From: an uncultured delta proteobacterium | Lineage (GTDB): Bacteria > Desulfobacterota > Binatia > UBA9968 | Direction of reading: 5' to 3' | DNA: 64,000 nt | Assembly: GCA_963804165.1 (NCBI GenBank) | Contig: CAWDPO010000003.1 | Span: 224,001 to 288,000, forward strand | In this document: positions 1 to 9,961 of the stretch, one piece after another | Layout of the letters: each line of letters starts with the position of its first letter | Numbering within the stretch: position 1 is the first letter of the stretch | The notes under the pieces: model-generated | Told to the model about the DNA's origin: nothing | Databases searched by the model: none | The model's input: the letters and a program-made list of their open reading frames with translations, nothing else | Translations under genes and position numbers: made by a program

Positions 1-913
1 CAGCAGACGGTTAAAAGAACAAGACGCCGACGGCATCGATGGCGAGCTATTGTTCGCCAGCGAAGCGCGCAACACGAAAATCAAAGACAAGGATGCTTTT
101 CTCGCGATCATTCGCGCGTTCAACGATTACTTCATCGAGGAGTATTGCGCGGTTGATCCCGATCGATTGATCGGCGTCGCGGTGATGCCGGATATCGGTG
201 CCGACGAAAATATCGCCGAGATGAAACGGTGCAAGGAGAAGGGATTCAAAGCCGTCCGGCTTGCACACGTTTCCGAGCGGCAAGAGCACGCCGACCCCGG
301 AAGACGACAAATTTTATGCCGCGCGCGTTGGACCTGGACATGCCAATCACAATCCATACATCGTTTCCGCGGCGCACCGATGAACGCGATGTTTTTCTCA
401 TGAAGTATCCGAAGGATCCGCAGGGCGAAGACCGGCCGTTCGACTTTCTCCAGCGCCTGGCGCGCCAGGGGATTTATCACTGCGGCGCGGTGGAAGCGAC
501 GCAGTTGATTTTCACAGGCGTGTTCGATCGGTTTCCGAAGCTGGAGATTTTCTGGGCGGAGAACAACATCGGCTGGATTCCGTACTTTTACCAGCAGATG
601 GATCAGACTTATAAGGTCAACTGCCACTGGGCGGAAAAGCTCTTGGGCTTGCCGAAACTGAAAAAACTCCCGAGCGAATACCTGCGCGAGCACGCGCACT
701 GGGGCGTCTTCGACGACCCGATCGGGATTCAGCTGCGCCACATGGTCGGTGTCGAAAAGATCATGTGGTCGACCGACTTCCCGCACATCGTCACGCGCTG
801 GCCGAAATCATTGGAATTGGTCGAAGAACAGTTCGCCGGCGTACCGGAGAGATGAAAAAAGGGCGATGGTCGCGGGGAACGCCGTGAAGTTTTTTCATTT
901 GGACGCGGCGTGA
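1..913 (+). CDS. Amidohydrolase_2 family metal-dependent hydrolase/decarboxylase, 5' truncated by the window edge, with 2 frameshifts
   Basis: ORFs 50..403 and 229..855 give RAFND..YC..DPDRL, IH, FDRFPKL..AE..GW.P, WSTDFPH; a third frame gives AMVAGNAVKFFHLDAA* ending at 913. Confidence 0.85.
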
Positions 914-955
914 CAAGGGAGACGAATTCGGAATTTTTACCGCAAAGAACGCAAA

Positions 956-979
956 GTAGGGCACGACACGCCGTGCCAC
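956..979 (+). repeat. GTAG-type REP hairpin
   Basis: GTAG followed by the palindrome GGCACG-ACACGC-CGTGCC. Confidence 0.6.
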
Positions 980-1016
980 GGTCGGGTGCACAGAGTAGGC
1001 AGCCTCTGAGGTGATT

Positions 1017-1388
1017 ATGATCGCGTTCGATGTATTTCTTAACGGAAATAAAGTTTGCAGAGCCGGTGTCAGGGATCTCGGCGTCTTGACCACCGTGCTC
1101 ACCTGGGTAAGACGTGAAGGACGAAATACGGAAACCAGAGAACCGGGAATCATCGAAGAGGAACTTACGCTAAATGTCGGTGGCCTAATAAGTTCGAAGA
1201 ATGAGCACGTCCGCTGGTCCGATGATAAGCTAGCGGTTGGTGACGAGGTACGTGTTCGCGTAATCAATCTAGAATCGGTTGACCCTCCGCGCGATCGAAG
1301 AACGGAAGATCCGGCAGAAGATTTAAAACGTCAAGAGAAATATGTGGAGCAAATGGCCAAGCGTTTCGGCTGGACAATTCAAAAGTAG
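1017..1388 (+). CDS. Hypothetical protein (~123 aa)
   Basis: GAGG upstream of the start; clean ORF with protein-like composition, more AT-rich than its neighbours. Confidence 0.7.
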   Translation: MIAFDVFLNGNKVCRAGVRDLGVLTTVLTWVRREGRNTETREPGIIEEELTLNVGGLISSKNEHVRWSDDKLAVGDEVRVRVINLESVDPPRDRRTEDPAEDLKRQEKYVEQMAKRFGWTIQK

Positions 1389-1389
1389 C

Positions 1390-1477
1390 GTAGGATGGGT
1401 TGAGCGAAGCGATACCCATTGTCATTTCAACATGAACAAACGGTGGGTTCGTCGCGGTGCTCCTTAACCCACCCTAC
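1390..1477. repeat. Inverted GTAG-REP doublet (REPIN-like) between convergent genes
   Basis: GTAGGATGGGTTGAGCGAAGCGATACCCAT ... GGTGGGTTCGTCGCGGTGCTCCTTAACCCACCCTAC. Confidence 0.75.
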
Positions 1478-1487
1478 GAATGCTCCG

Positions 1488-2615
1488 TCATCCCAGCGGC
1501 ACCTGCAAGTTATACAGCCGCGCAGCGTTCTCACCCAAGATTCGATTCTGAGTGTCGTTTGAAAATCCCGCGTTGCGGATGCGCGAGACGGTTTCGGGCC
1601 ATTTGCTGTCGCCATGCGGATAATCGGAGGCGTACATGATGCATTTGTTGCCGACGGTGTTGATCACGGCGGGTAGCATGATTTCCCCCGGCTCGCAGGA
1701 AACCACTAAGCGCCCTTCGGCGAAAAGCTCGCTCGGTTTGATGCGGCTCTTGGGCAGCTTGCGGTTTAACACTCCATCGTACATGCGCGGGTTCTTTTCG
1801 CCGCGCTCGTGCATCTCGTCCATTCTTTCGACCCAATAGGGGAGCCAGCCGCAACCGGTTTCGAGGAGGCCGAAGCGAATCTTTGGAAAAAGATCGACGA
1901 TCCCGCCACCGACGAGAGAAACCATCGCGGTAGTTAGCGTGAGGGGCATGGACACTGCTTTGGCGCCCCAGAAATGATCGAACAATTCCTGGCCGACGGT
2001 GGGATACATTCCCGTGACGGTGTGCACTCCGACGCCGACGTCGAGTTGTTCCACTGTTTCCCAGAATGGATAGAGCTCGGGATGATCGAGGGTGCGCGCG
2101 CCGATGGTTCCCGTGACCATGACGCCGACCGCGCCTTGGGACCTAACTGCGTGTTTCAATTCTTCCGCCGCCGACTTTGGATCTTGCAGAGCGACGATCG
2201 CAGCGAAGCGCAACCGTCCGCCGCTTTGGGCGCAGCGCTCGGAGATCCACGTGTTGTACGCGCGGGCGATTGCCGTGGCGAGTCCCCCGTGCTCGAGACT
2301 ATTTATCGACATCAAGACATTCGGATAGATCACCTGAAGATCGATGCCTTCGAGATCGAGATCGGCCAAGCGGCCGGGGACGTTGCTGAGATCGAGATCC
2401 TTGACCGAGAGCGTCGGAGTCGAATTGGCGATGCTACCCGGCGTGCCGGGGCCCCAGCCGAAGGGCTTGGTGACCAAGCGACCTTCGATCAAGTAAAAGC
2501 CGCGGCCGTCGTCGAAGGTGACGAAGCGGGGACGGTTCCGATAGAATTCTTTGTCCAGATAGTTGTCGAAAACTTCCTGAGGAATTTGTGTGTGCCCGTC
2601 GGCATCGATGATCAT
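1488..2615 (-). CDS. Amidohydrolase_2 family protein
   Basis: IIDADGH, ARAYNTW, GVH, LETGCGW, YASDYPH, ILGENAARLY. Confidence 0.9.
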   Translation of the reverse strand: MIIDADGHTQIPQEVFDNYLDKEFYRNRPRFVTFDDGRGFYLIEGRLVTKPFGWGPGTPGSIANSTPTLSVKDLDLSNVPGRLADLDLEGIDLQVIYPNVLMSINSLEHGGLATAIARAYNTWISERCAQSGGRLRFAAIVALQDPKSAAEELKHAVRSQGAVGVMVTGTIGARTLDHPELYPFWETVEQLDVGVGVHTVTGMYPTVGQELFDHFWGAKAVSMPLTLTTAMVSLVGGGIVDLFPKIRFGLLETGCGWLPYWVERMDEMHERGEKNPRMYDGVLNRKLPKSRIKPSELFAEGRLVVSCEPGEIMLPAVINTVGNKCIMYASDYPHGDSKWPETVSRIRNAGFSNDTQNRILGENAARLYNLQVPLG

Positions 2616-2635
2616 AAAACCTCCTCGGTTTCGTG

Positions 2636-3676
2636 TTAACGTTTCAGCTCCTGTTGCACCGCCCGAATCAGATTCCAGTCGACGAAATCCTTCGGCGCAA
2701 AAGTGGATTGGCTAATTTTCGCGTCCTGCTGCGCGCGTTTGATTGCCGCGTTGATAATTTCATCCGACCCTTCGCCCTTGAAATTGTAAGTGGCGATCGC
2801 CGCATCGTACGCTAATTGAGAGGTCTCTCGGTCGAGATTCCATTCTTTCTGGATCAACGCGACCGCAACGTTCGGATGATCCACCGCGTATTGAAGCCCG
2901 CGCACAAGAGCGCGCAGCATGCGGCGAATCTGATTGGGATTGTCGCGCAACTTCGCGCGGCGCGTTACTAGACCGTTTTCCACGAAGCCCGGAAGTATCT
3001 CCGGACCCGAGACCAGTCGATGGAAGCCTTTTTGAACCGCCATGGAATCGTAAGGCGGTGACAATGTGCTCGCCGCAACTGCGCCGGAGAAAAGCGCAGT
3101 CAATCCTTGCGTGACGTCGATGGTTGAAATCAACTTCACGTCCTTGTCCGCATCCAGCCCCAGGTACTTCACCATCGCCACCGTCGCGTGATAATGGCTG
3201 CCGCGGGAGCCGCCATGACCGATAATACCGCCACGAAGACCTTTCGCATCTTTGATGTCCCGTCTGCTGACTAGATACAGGAGCGACTTGTCGGTCGATA
3301 CATATAGGGCAACCAGGGACGCGCCGCCGACTGCTGCGCCCAATCCGGAGTTAAAGGCCGTGATGTAATCGAGATCGCCTGAGACCAGAGCCGCGATGGC
3401 CGTGCTCGTCTTGGTCGTAATCGGCTTGAAATCAAAGCCTTCGCTCTCGAAAATCCCATGGCGCTGAGCGAGATAGATCGGCAGATTGAGCACATGCTTG
3501 GCCGATAGACCGAGAGTGACGGGTTCAAGCTTGCGCGTGGGACCGGGTTTTTCTTGAGCCAGGATGTGAGACGATTGCAGCAGCAAGAATAAAGAGGCGC
3601 AAAGGACGAAAGAGATTGTTGTTGGGTACGGCAGATGGCTTGGCGCGGCCCCAAAACATTTCATGCTTCGGATCAT
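2636..3676 (-). CDS. NMT1/THI5/SsuA-like ABC substrate-binding protein
   Basis: Signal peptide, GIFESEG, AALVSGDLD, GLDADKDV, NPNQIRRMLRA; start uncertain. Confidence 0.85.
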   Translation of the reverse strand: MIRSMKCFGAAPSHLPYPTTISFVLCASLFLLLQSSHILAQEKPGPTRKLEPVTLGLSAKHVLNLPIYLAQRHGIFESEGFDFKPITTKTSTAIAALVSGDLDYITAFNSGLGAAVGGASLVALYVSTDKSLLYLVSRRDIKDAKGLRGGIIGHGGSRGSHYHATVAMVKYLGLDADKDVKLISTIDVTQGLTALFSGAVAASTLSPPYDSMAVQKGFHRLVSGPEILPGFVENGLVTRRAKLRDNPNQIRRMLRALVRGLQYAVDHPNVAVALIQKEWNLDRETSQLAYDAAIATYNFKGEGSDEIINAAIKRAQQDAKISQSTFAPKDFVDWNLIRAVQQELKR

Positions 3677-3772
3677 AGTTCCGACTCCGGTCGATGCGCA
3701 AGAGTGTGTTCCTTGTTGACTACTTGAGTTACACGGTTATGATTCGTCGAATAATTCGATTGGAGCCAAATT

Positions 3773-4732
3773 TTGAAAAGTATTCTTTATAGCTTGTTGA
3801 TTTGGTCGGTGCTAGCCACCTACGCCGAAGCGCGCAAGGTGACCGTCGGTGTGCCCGTGCTCGATGTTACCCAAAGCGCTTTGTACGTCGCCCGCGATCG
3901 CGGCTACTTTCAGAAGGAAGGTTTGGACGTCGAACTCATTCTCATGCGAGGCGGTGTGGCAAACCAAGCGCTAATTGCGGGTAACGTCGAATTCACCACA
4001 GTCCCTACGGCCGGGCTCCAGGCGGCGCTGCAAGGCGCGCCACTCAAGGTCGTGCTCAGCACGTTTCATAAGCCGATGTTCTGGCTGTACTCGCGGCCGG
4101 AAATCCGCAACGTCAAGGACTTGCATAGCAAGAAAGTCGCGGTATCGAGTCTCGGAGCGGCAGGGGATTCCGCCTTGCGCGAGCTGATCAAGAAAAACGG
4201 CATGGATGAAAACCGCGACGTGGCGATTCTCGCCATTGGCACCACGGCGACACGATTGGGCGCGCTCACCAGCGGCGTGGTGGACGCGGCAATGATGACA
4301 TTTCCCCATAATATCACTGCCGCCGATTCGGGTTTTCGCGAGCTGGTATCGTTCATCGCATCGGACATCATTCAGCTTCAGGGAGCCATCGTGACCCGCG
4401 AAGGATTGCTCGGCTCCGAGCCCGGAGTCGTAGAAAAATTTCTCCGCGCGACGATCAAGGGAATCATCTACTATTCGACTAATCGGAGCGGCGCCATCCC
4501 GATTCTTGCGCGAAACACGCAATCGCAAGAGACCCTCGCTGCTAAAGTCTACGACCTGGTCAAGCCGGCGCTGACGCCGGAAGGAATTTTAAACGACGAT
4601 TTGCAAAAACGCGTCATGGCGCCGCTGCTCGATCGCATCAACAAACGCGACGTCGCTTCAAGCAGATTCTTCGACTTTACACTTGCCCGCAAGTTGAATA
4701 GCGAGATCAAAGCGGAAGGGTGGAAACCCTAA
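3773..4732 (+). CDS. NMT1/THI5/SsuA-like ABC substrate-binding protein
   Basis: Signal peptide, GYFQKEGLDVELI, ALTSGVVDAA. Confidence 0.9.
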   Translation: MKSILYSLLIWSVLATYAEARKVTVGVPVLDVTQSALYVARDRGYFQKEGLDVELILMRGGVANQALIAGNVEFTTVPTAGLQAALQGAPLKVVLSTFHKPMFWLYSRPEIRNVKDLHSKKVAVSSLGAAGDSALRELIKKNGMDENRDVAILAIGTTATRLGALTSGVVDAAMMTFPHNITAADSGFRELVSFIASDIIQLQGAIVTREGLLGSEPGVVEKFLRATIKGIIYYSTNRSGAIPILARNTQSQETLAAKVYDLVKPALTPEGILNDDLQKRVMAPLLDRINKRDVASSRFFDFTLARKLNSEIKAEGWKP

Positions 4733-4831
4733 ATTTAAAGTTCCAATCGTTCAAACCGTCCGAGGAACGGATTTCTGCCGGAGTTGGAGACACAGGGGTG
4801 AGCGGCTCCGCGATGCGAGCGGCGCTCAAAA

Positions 4832-4860
4832 TGTCATTCTGAGGCGGAGCCGAAGAATCT
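4832..4860 (+). repeat. GTCATT-type REP-like hairpin
   Basis: TGTCATTCTGAGGCGGAGCCGAAGAATCT; related copies at 41485, 58379 and 62014. Confidence 0.6.
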
Positions 4861-4917
4861 GCTTTCGTAATCTCTTTGAATCGTGGTGCTTCGCCAGGCC
4901 GAGCCGTGCTACCAAGC

Positions 4918-6198
4918 TCACCGAATCGCCGCGAGTTTGTTCTTCCAGTGAGTCTGCCAATCGGTCCCATCTGTGATGACTTCCGAAATCACCATCAGAT
5001 CGGGAAAGCTATTTTTTTCTTGACTTCGAATCACGTGCAGCGCTTCGCCTCCTGCCTCGACCTCGCGAATTGCCCGCAACACTTGACGGCGCGCGGCGAT
5101 GATCGCTCGGTCGCTCGGCCCGAGGAATTCACGCGTGCGATCGACGATCGGTCCGCTGCCCTCAACGATGGCGGTGTCCTGCACGTTGAAGATGCGTCCC
5201 ATACCTGAAAAGCTCCACGTCTTCATCGACTCGCGATCCTGCAGGTAGCGGTTCGCCTTGTTGCGTGTGGGCCGGTAGTCCTGCCCTAACTCGTCGAGGA
5301 TTTCCTGGTTTCTTTGAATGTCTTTTTCTTCCATCGGCGCGCTCCGTCGAAAGACGATATCGTAACGCCAGTGGTGCGTGTCGTCGATCGGCACATGCCA
5401 ATAAAGATTATAGCCGTCGCCTGACATGGGACCGGGGATGGTGGCTTTGTTGGGGATGATGAAATTCGTCACACGGAAGAAAGTCCGATTCTTCTCGGTA
5501 GTGCGCGTCGAAAGGATGCGTACGCCGTAGTCGGTCTCTTCAGCGTCGATGTGCGGCGCCATGTCGGCTTCGTAGAGCGCGAGGGGGAGTTTGCCGTCGC
5601 TGCCTTTGACGGGTCGTTTCAAGTTCTCTGGCACATTGGCTTGGCGGTGCAGGTAAGAGACGTGACTGGGATCGAGGTTGCCTTCGTTGGCCTGAAAGTA
5701 GTTGCACTCGTGGAAGATTTTAGTCACGAGCACATGGCCGGGTGGCGCGAGAAACGGTTCGTACGCCGGAAAGAGCGGCGGCTCGCCCGGTCCCATGTAC
5801 GCGAAGATAGTCCCCGCCCGTTCTTCGCATGGATATGCCGGGTGATGAACTTTCTCGCAAAACCTTTTTTCTGGAGGTTCGCACGGCTGTTCGAGGCAGT
5901 TGCCGTGCCGATCATAAAGCCAGCCGTGATAAAGACATCGTAAGCCGCCGTTCTCCACGCGCCCATAACTCAGGTCAGCGCGGCGGTGCGAGCAGTGCAG
6001 TCCAATCAATCCGAGTTGACCCTGATCGTCGCGAAACAGAACCAGATCCTCGTCCATGATTTTGATCGGTAGCGGCGCGCCGTTCCCGGGCAGCTCTTCC
6101 GCGAGCGCAACGGGTTGCCAGTATTGACGCAGTAAATTTCCGCCTGGCGTGCCCGGTCCGGTCCGGGTTATTAGATCGTTTTCTTCTTGTGAGAGCAT
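4918..6198 (-). CDS. Rieske non-heme iron oxygenase, alpha subunit (phthalate 4,5-dioxygenase/LigXa-like)
   Basis: CSH...CLYHGW Rieske ligands; EGNLDPSHVSYLH and QD mononuclear iron ligands. Confidence 0.92.
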   Translation of the reverse strand: MLSQEENDLITRTGPGTPGGNLLRQYWQPVALAEELPGNGAPLPIKIMDEDLVLFRDDQGQLGLIGLHCSHRRADLSYGRVENGGLRCLYHGWLYDRHGNCLEQPCEPPEKRFCEKVHHPAYPCEERAGTIFAYMGPGEPPLFPAYEPFLAPPGHVLVTKIFHECNYFQANEGNLDPSHVSYLHRQANVPENLKRPVKGSDGKLPLALYEADMAPHIDAEETDYGVRILSTRTTEKNRTFFRVTNFIIPNKATIPGPMSGDGYNLYWHVPIDDTHHWRYDIVFRRSAPMEEKDIQRNQEILDELGQDYRPTRNKANRYLQDRESMKTWSFSGMGRIFNVQDTAIVEGSGPIVDRTREFLGPSDRAIIAARRQVLRAIREVEAGGEALHVIRSQEKNSFPDLMVISEVITDGTDWQTHWKNKLAAIR

Positions 6199-6205
6199 CG
6201 CGGAA

Positions 6206-6236
6206 TTTTGGATTTTAGATTTTCGATTTTGGATTG
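6206..6236. repeat. Tandem heptamer repeat, TTTTNGA x4
   Basis: TTTTGGA TTTTAGA TTTTCGA TTTTGGA. Confidence 0.85.
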
Positions 6237-6410
6237 CAGCTTATTTTTAGCACTGATAGTCCGAATTCAGCAACCCAGGTGGCTTACTTGTCGTGATTGA
6301 CTTCTTGCATGAGCATTTCTTTTGTCCATTCCAACCTTGACCTGGGTCGAGGGGCTGTGTTTATCTAACCACACTTAGTTATTAGAGCGAAATTCTTTTG
6401 GAGGTAGATC

Positions 6411-7136
6411 ATGCCGAGCTCCTGGCAAAGCGGGAACGTTGATGGCAGCAATATGCCGCTCTATCTGAGTGTCCCGGAAAGCGGAGGGCCAGTGCCGGGC
6501 ATCGTCGTGGTTCACGGACAATCGGGACTGGAAAATTTCATCAAAGACGCGACGCACATGCTGGCACTTCAAGGTTACGCCGCGGTGGCGCCCAACCTTT
6601 ATCACCGCGATGGTGCTGACTGCAAAGACGACAATCCGACACGCAAAGCGCGCTTGCGCGATCCGTCGATCATCAAGGATATTGAAGGCGCGATCGGCTT
6701 CTTAAAGAACCATTCCAGAGTCGACAGGGGAAAGCTAGGCATCGTCGGTTTTTGCATGGGCGGGCGGCTGGTTTATCTCATGTCCGCTGCGAGCAAAGAT
6801 TTGAAAGCCGGCGTGATGTTCTACGGCAGCGGCACGATGGTGCCGTTCGGTGAAGGTCCCACGCCGTTCGACCGCACAAGCGAGATTCACTGCCCGATCC
6901 AGGGGCATTTCGGCGCGGAAGACAAGAATCCGTCGCCGGAAGATATGCGCAAGCTCGACGCGGAGCTTACGAAATTCGGTAAAATTCACGAGTTCCATTC
7001 CTATGGCGGCGCGGCACACGCTTTTGTGAATACGGGTTCATCGAACTACCGGCCGCATGCAGCGGCTTTGTCCTGGCCGAAGGCGATGGAGTTTTTTAGC
7101 CGGCATCTAATAAATCCTGGTGCAGGATCTCGTTAG
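6411..7136 (+). CDS. Dienelactone hydrolase family protein
   Basis: GFCMGG nucleophile elbow, HFGAED, GAAHAF; GGAGG RBS. Confidence 0.92.
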   Translation: MPSSWQSGNVDGSNMPLYLSVPESGGPVPGIVVVHGQSGLENFIKDATHMLALQGYAAVAPNLYHRDGADCKDDNPTRKARLRDPSIIKDIEGAIGFLKNHSRVDRGKLGIVGFCMGGRLVYLMSAASKDLKAGVMFYGSGTMVPFGEGPTPFDRTSEIHCPIQGHFGAEDKNPSPEDMRKLDAELTKFGKIHEFHSYGGAAHAFVNTGSSNYRPHAAALSWPKAMEFFSRHLINPGAGSR

Positions 7137-7233
7137 CGTCCTGTGTTTGAGATATCTCAAGCAATCCGGCAGCGACCTATGGCAATACGCCATTCCCTTG
7201 ACGCGCCGTGTTTCTGAGCTGAAATTGCCACAC

Positions 7234-8295
7234 ATGCGCTACGGAATATTCAATCTGCCGTCATTAAGTGCGGCGGATCGAGCCAATGGAGCTGATCGTC
7301 TGCACACGATGGTCGAGCAGGCGACGTACGGAGAAGAATTGGGCTTCGATTCGGTCTGGCTTGCCGAACATCATTTCCACTCTTTTGGCGGTACGCTATC
7401 AAGTCCTCCAGTGATCGGCGCGGCAATTGCGCAGCGAACCAGGAAAATTCGTATCGGCACCGCCGTAACTCTGCTGCCGTATCATAATCCGCTGCGGCTC
7501 GCCGAGGATTACGCGACGCTCGATTGCTTGAGCCGCGGGCCGCCTCGAGTTCGGCATCGGTCACGGCTTTATAAAATGGGAGTCGCTCACTTTCGGAACG
7601 CCGCTCGAGGAGCTGCGCGAGCGCTTCAAAGAAAATTTAGAAATCATTCTCAGAGCGTGGAACGAGCCTAAGTTCAGCCATAAGGGTCGTTTTTACCAGT
7701 ACGAAAATGTTGAGCTCTTGCCGCGGCCGGTGCAGCAACCCTATCCCAGCGTCTGGATGGGAGCGACGTCGACCATTAGAGTCGTTTGAGTTTGCCGGTC
7801 GCAGCGGTTTTCATTTGATGCTCATTCCCTTTCTGCACGAGATCGACGAGTTAGGTACAATGGTCGAAGCTTACATAGAAGGCTCGGCAGGCGGCAGGGC
7901 ATGATCCCGCGACTGCGCGTGTGATCGCGATGTATCACATCTACGTCGGCGAGAATTCCGCGGAAGCGCGCGCCACCGCCGAGCCGGCGTTGGCGGCTTA
8001 TCACGCGGCAGCGGCAGAAGCGCGCAATCTAACTCAAGGCATACCCGAGCCGGAATCTTACCGCACTCATGACGAACATCGCGCCAAGATGCGCAAGCTC
8101 ACCTTTAACGATTTAGTTGATCAGAACCGCGTGCTCGTTGGAGATGCAGCGGCGGTGCGCGAAAAAGTCGCGCATGTGCGCGAGCGTCTACACCTGACGG
8201 ACCTGGCGGGAAACTTTGCCCTGGGAAGCCTGTCCGACCCCCTCACCCGCGCCACGCTAAAGCGCTTTATGGAACAAGTTGCGCCTAAGACTTGA
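7234..8295 (+). CDS. LLM-class flavin-dependent oxidoreductase, several frameshifts
   Basis: ELGFDSVWLAEHHF and PYHNPLRLAEDYATLD in 7120..7671; PRPVQQP in a shifted frame; C-terminal KRFMEQVAP in 7921..8295. Confidence 0.85.
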
Positions 8296-8607
8296 GTTTA
8301 GTGCGGCTCAAAAATTTTTGTCGGGACATGTTCGCGATTTTACCGCTGGCAAGGTGGTACGGTCCAATGCCTAGTCCCACACGGTACAAAGCAACCCCTT
8401 CCTACCGATACAGCTCCGAGGAGATCACGAGAGCTAAAGATCGATCACGTCAACTTTGATATTTAGTACGAGTGGCAGTTGGCGCACTTCCTCTCAAATA
8501 CCTAAATGTTAAGCGGCTCCATCTAGTGACTGCACTCTCCGAAGGCCATTCATAAAGGCCGCCCACCGCCTGATCGGACCATAACAGCCCGTCTCTCTCG
8601 AATCACC

Positions 8608-8643
8608 GTAGAAATTTCACTACTGGGGTAGAGAAAAAACTAC
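8608..8643. promoter_or_regulatory. Two tandem palindromes GTAG-N8-CTAC, probable upstream activator sites
   Basis: GTAGAAATTTCACTAC (8608-8623) and GTAGAGAAAAAACTAC (8628-8643), 20 bp apart; half site at 8684. Confidence 0.65.
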
Positions 8644-8742
8644 CTTTTGTTTGTTTACTTGCTTGTATTGAGGTTCCTCGGTCGTAGAGATTTTTCCGTT
8701 CACTTAACGCTTTACGCTCGTTGAGTCTCGTACCCCCGATTC

Positions 8743-8758
8743 TGGCACACCGCTTGAT
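8743..8758 (+). promoter_or_regulatory. Putative sigma54 -24/-12 promoter
   Basis: TGGCACACCGCTTGAT (GG-N10-GA, a -12 variant), ~100 bp downstream of the palindromes and 70 bp upstream of the rhodanese ATG. Confidence 0.6.
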
Positions 8759-8826
8759 TACTCAAACTGAGGCATATTTCGAGGTAAAGGAAAAACGGAC
8801 CCATAATCGATCAAGGAGGACCAAAG

Positions 8827-9600
8827 ATGAGAACCAAGCTTTCCCAAACAGTACTTGTTCTGGTGCTGAGCGTATTCGTGACTCGCGCCAATGCCGAGTC
8901 GCCTGCGATCTACGAAACCACTTTGATGGAATCCGGCCAAAAGACCCCGGAAGTGTCCACCAACGAGCTCCGTAAGACTCTTGCAGAGAAGAGTGCAACG
9001 GTTTTCGATGCTCGTCCGTTCATGGAATATGCCGTTAGCCATATTCCAGGCGCAGTCAACGTCTCTGCAAAGCAGGGAGTGCCGATATCTCAGTACGTGT
9101 CTGACGTCGCGGAGGTTAGGCGCCTCGTTGGAAACAACAAAGCCGCGCCTATAGTGCTCTACTGCAACGGAGCCTTTTGCGGCAAAAGCAAACGACTCTC
9201 GGAGGAATTGTTGGAGGCAGGCTACACGAACGTTCGGCGATATCAGCTGGGCATTCCCGTGTGGCGTGCGCTCGTCGGTGTTACCGAAATCCAGCTTGCG
9301 GGCCTGCTCTATGTCTTCAAGGATGACAAGACCGCGGTCTTTTTTGACGCTCGCAGCCCAGAGGAGTTTAAGGCCGGGACCATTTCGGGAGCGAAAAGCC
9401 TTCAACTCGCCGATGTAAAGAAGGCGAAGGACGATGGCCGCTTGCCAATGGAGGACCACAACACGCGCATTATCGTGTTTGGCAGGGATGGCACTCAAGC
9501 CCGTGCAGTGACCGAGGCCATCGCCAAGGAAGCGTTTCACAACGTCTCCTTCTTCGGAGGCACCTTCAGTGAGCTGTGGCCGAAGGTGGCCAGCAAATAA
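8827..9600 (+). CDS. Exported tandem rhodanese-domain protein
   Basis: AGGAGG RBS, signal peptide; DARP..EY..SHIPGA and LYCNGAFCGKS; second domain DARSPEEF..GTISGA lacks the Cys. Confidence 0.88.
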   Translation: MRTKLSQTVLVLVLSVFVTRANAESPAIYETTLMESGQKTPEVSTNELRKTLAEKSATVFDARPFMEYAVSHIPGAVNVSAKQGVPISQYVSDVAEVRRLVGNNKAAPIVLYCNGAFCGKSKRLSEELLEAGYTNVRRYQLGIPVWRALVGVTEIQLAGLLYVFKDDKTAVFFDARSPEEFKAGTISGAKSLQLADVKKAKDDGRLPMEDHNTRIIVFGRDGTQARAVTEAIAKEAFHNVSFFGGTFSELWPKVASK

Positions 9601-9638
9601 GGACTTCACAAAATACCGCCGGAACGGAGGTGAGAAAA

Positions 9639-9869
9639 ATGAAATGGATGAAGCTGGTGCTACCAGTTCTATTTGTGGCCGCGACTTTAGGACTTAGCGC
9701 CACACCTTACGTGCAGGCATGTTCAGTGGAGGAAGAGGAGGAGACGCAGACAAGGTTCGAGAGCGATGCCGCTCGGCTTACTCCAGAACAGATGGAGGCT
9801 TTAGAAGAACGCGACGATCACTTGCCCGCCATCCCTAGCAAGCCGTACGTCCGTGATCTTGTGTCATAG
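9639..9869 (+). CDS. Small acidic exported protein (76 aa)
   Basis: GGAGGTGAG RBS; MKWMKLVLPVLFVAATLGLSA..VQA signal-like N-terminus followed by CSVEEEEE. Confidence 0.7.
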   Translation: MKWMKLVLPVLFVAATLGLSATPYVQACSVEEEEETQTRFESDAARLTPEQMEALEERDDHLPAIPSKPYVRDLVS

Positions 9870-9961
9870 AGTTGGTCTGCGATTTCTCGAGGCGCTTGCG
9901 CCAAGGTCTGAGCTAAACAATATTCATCTGGCCCAAAGGAAATCAAAGAAGGAGAACAGAC

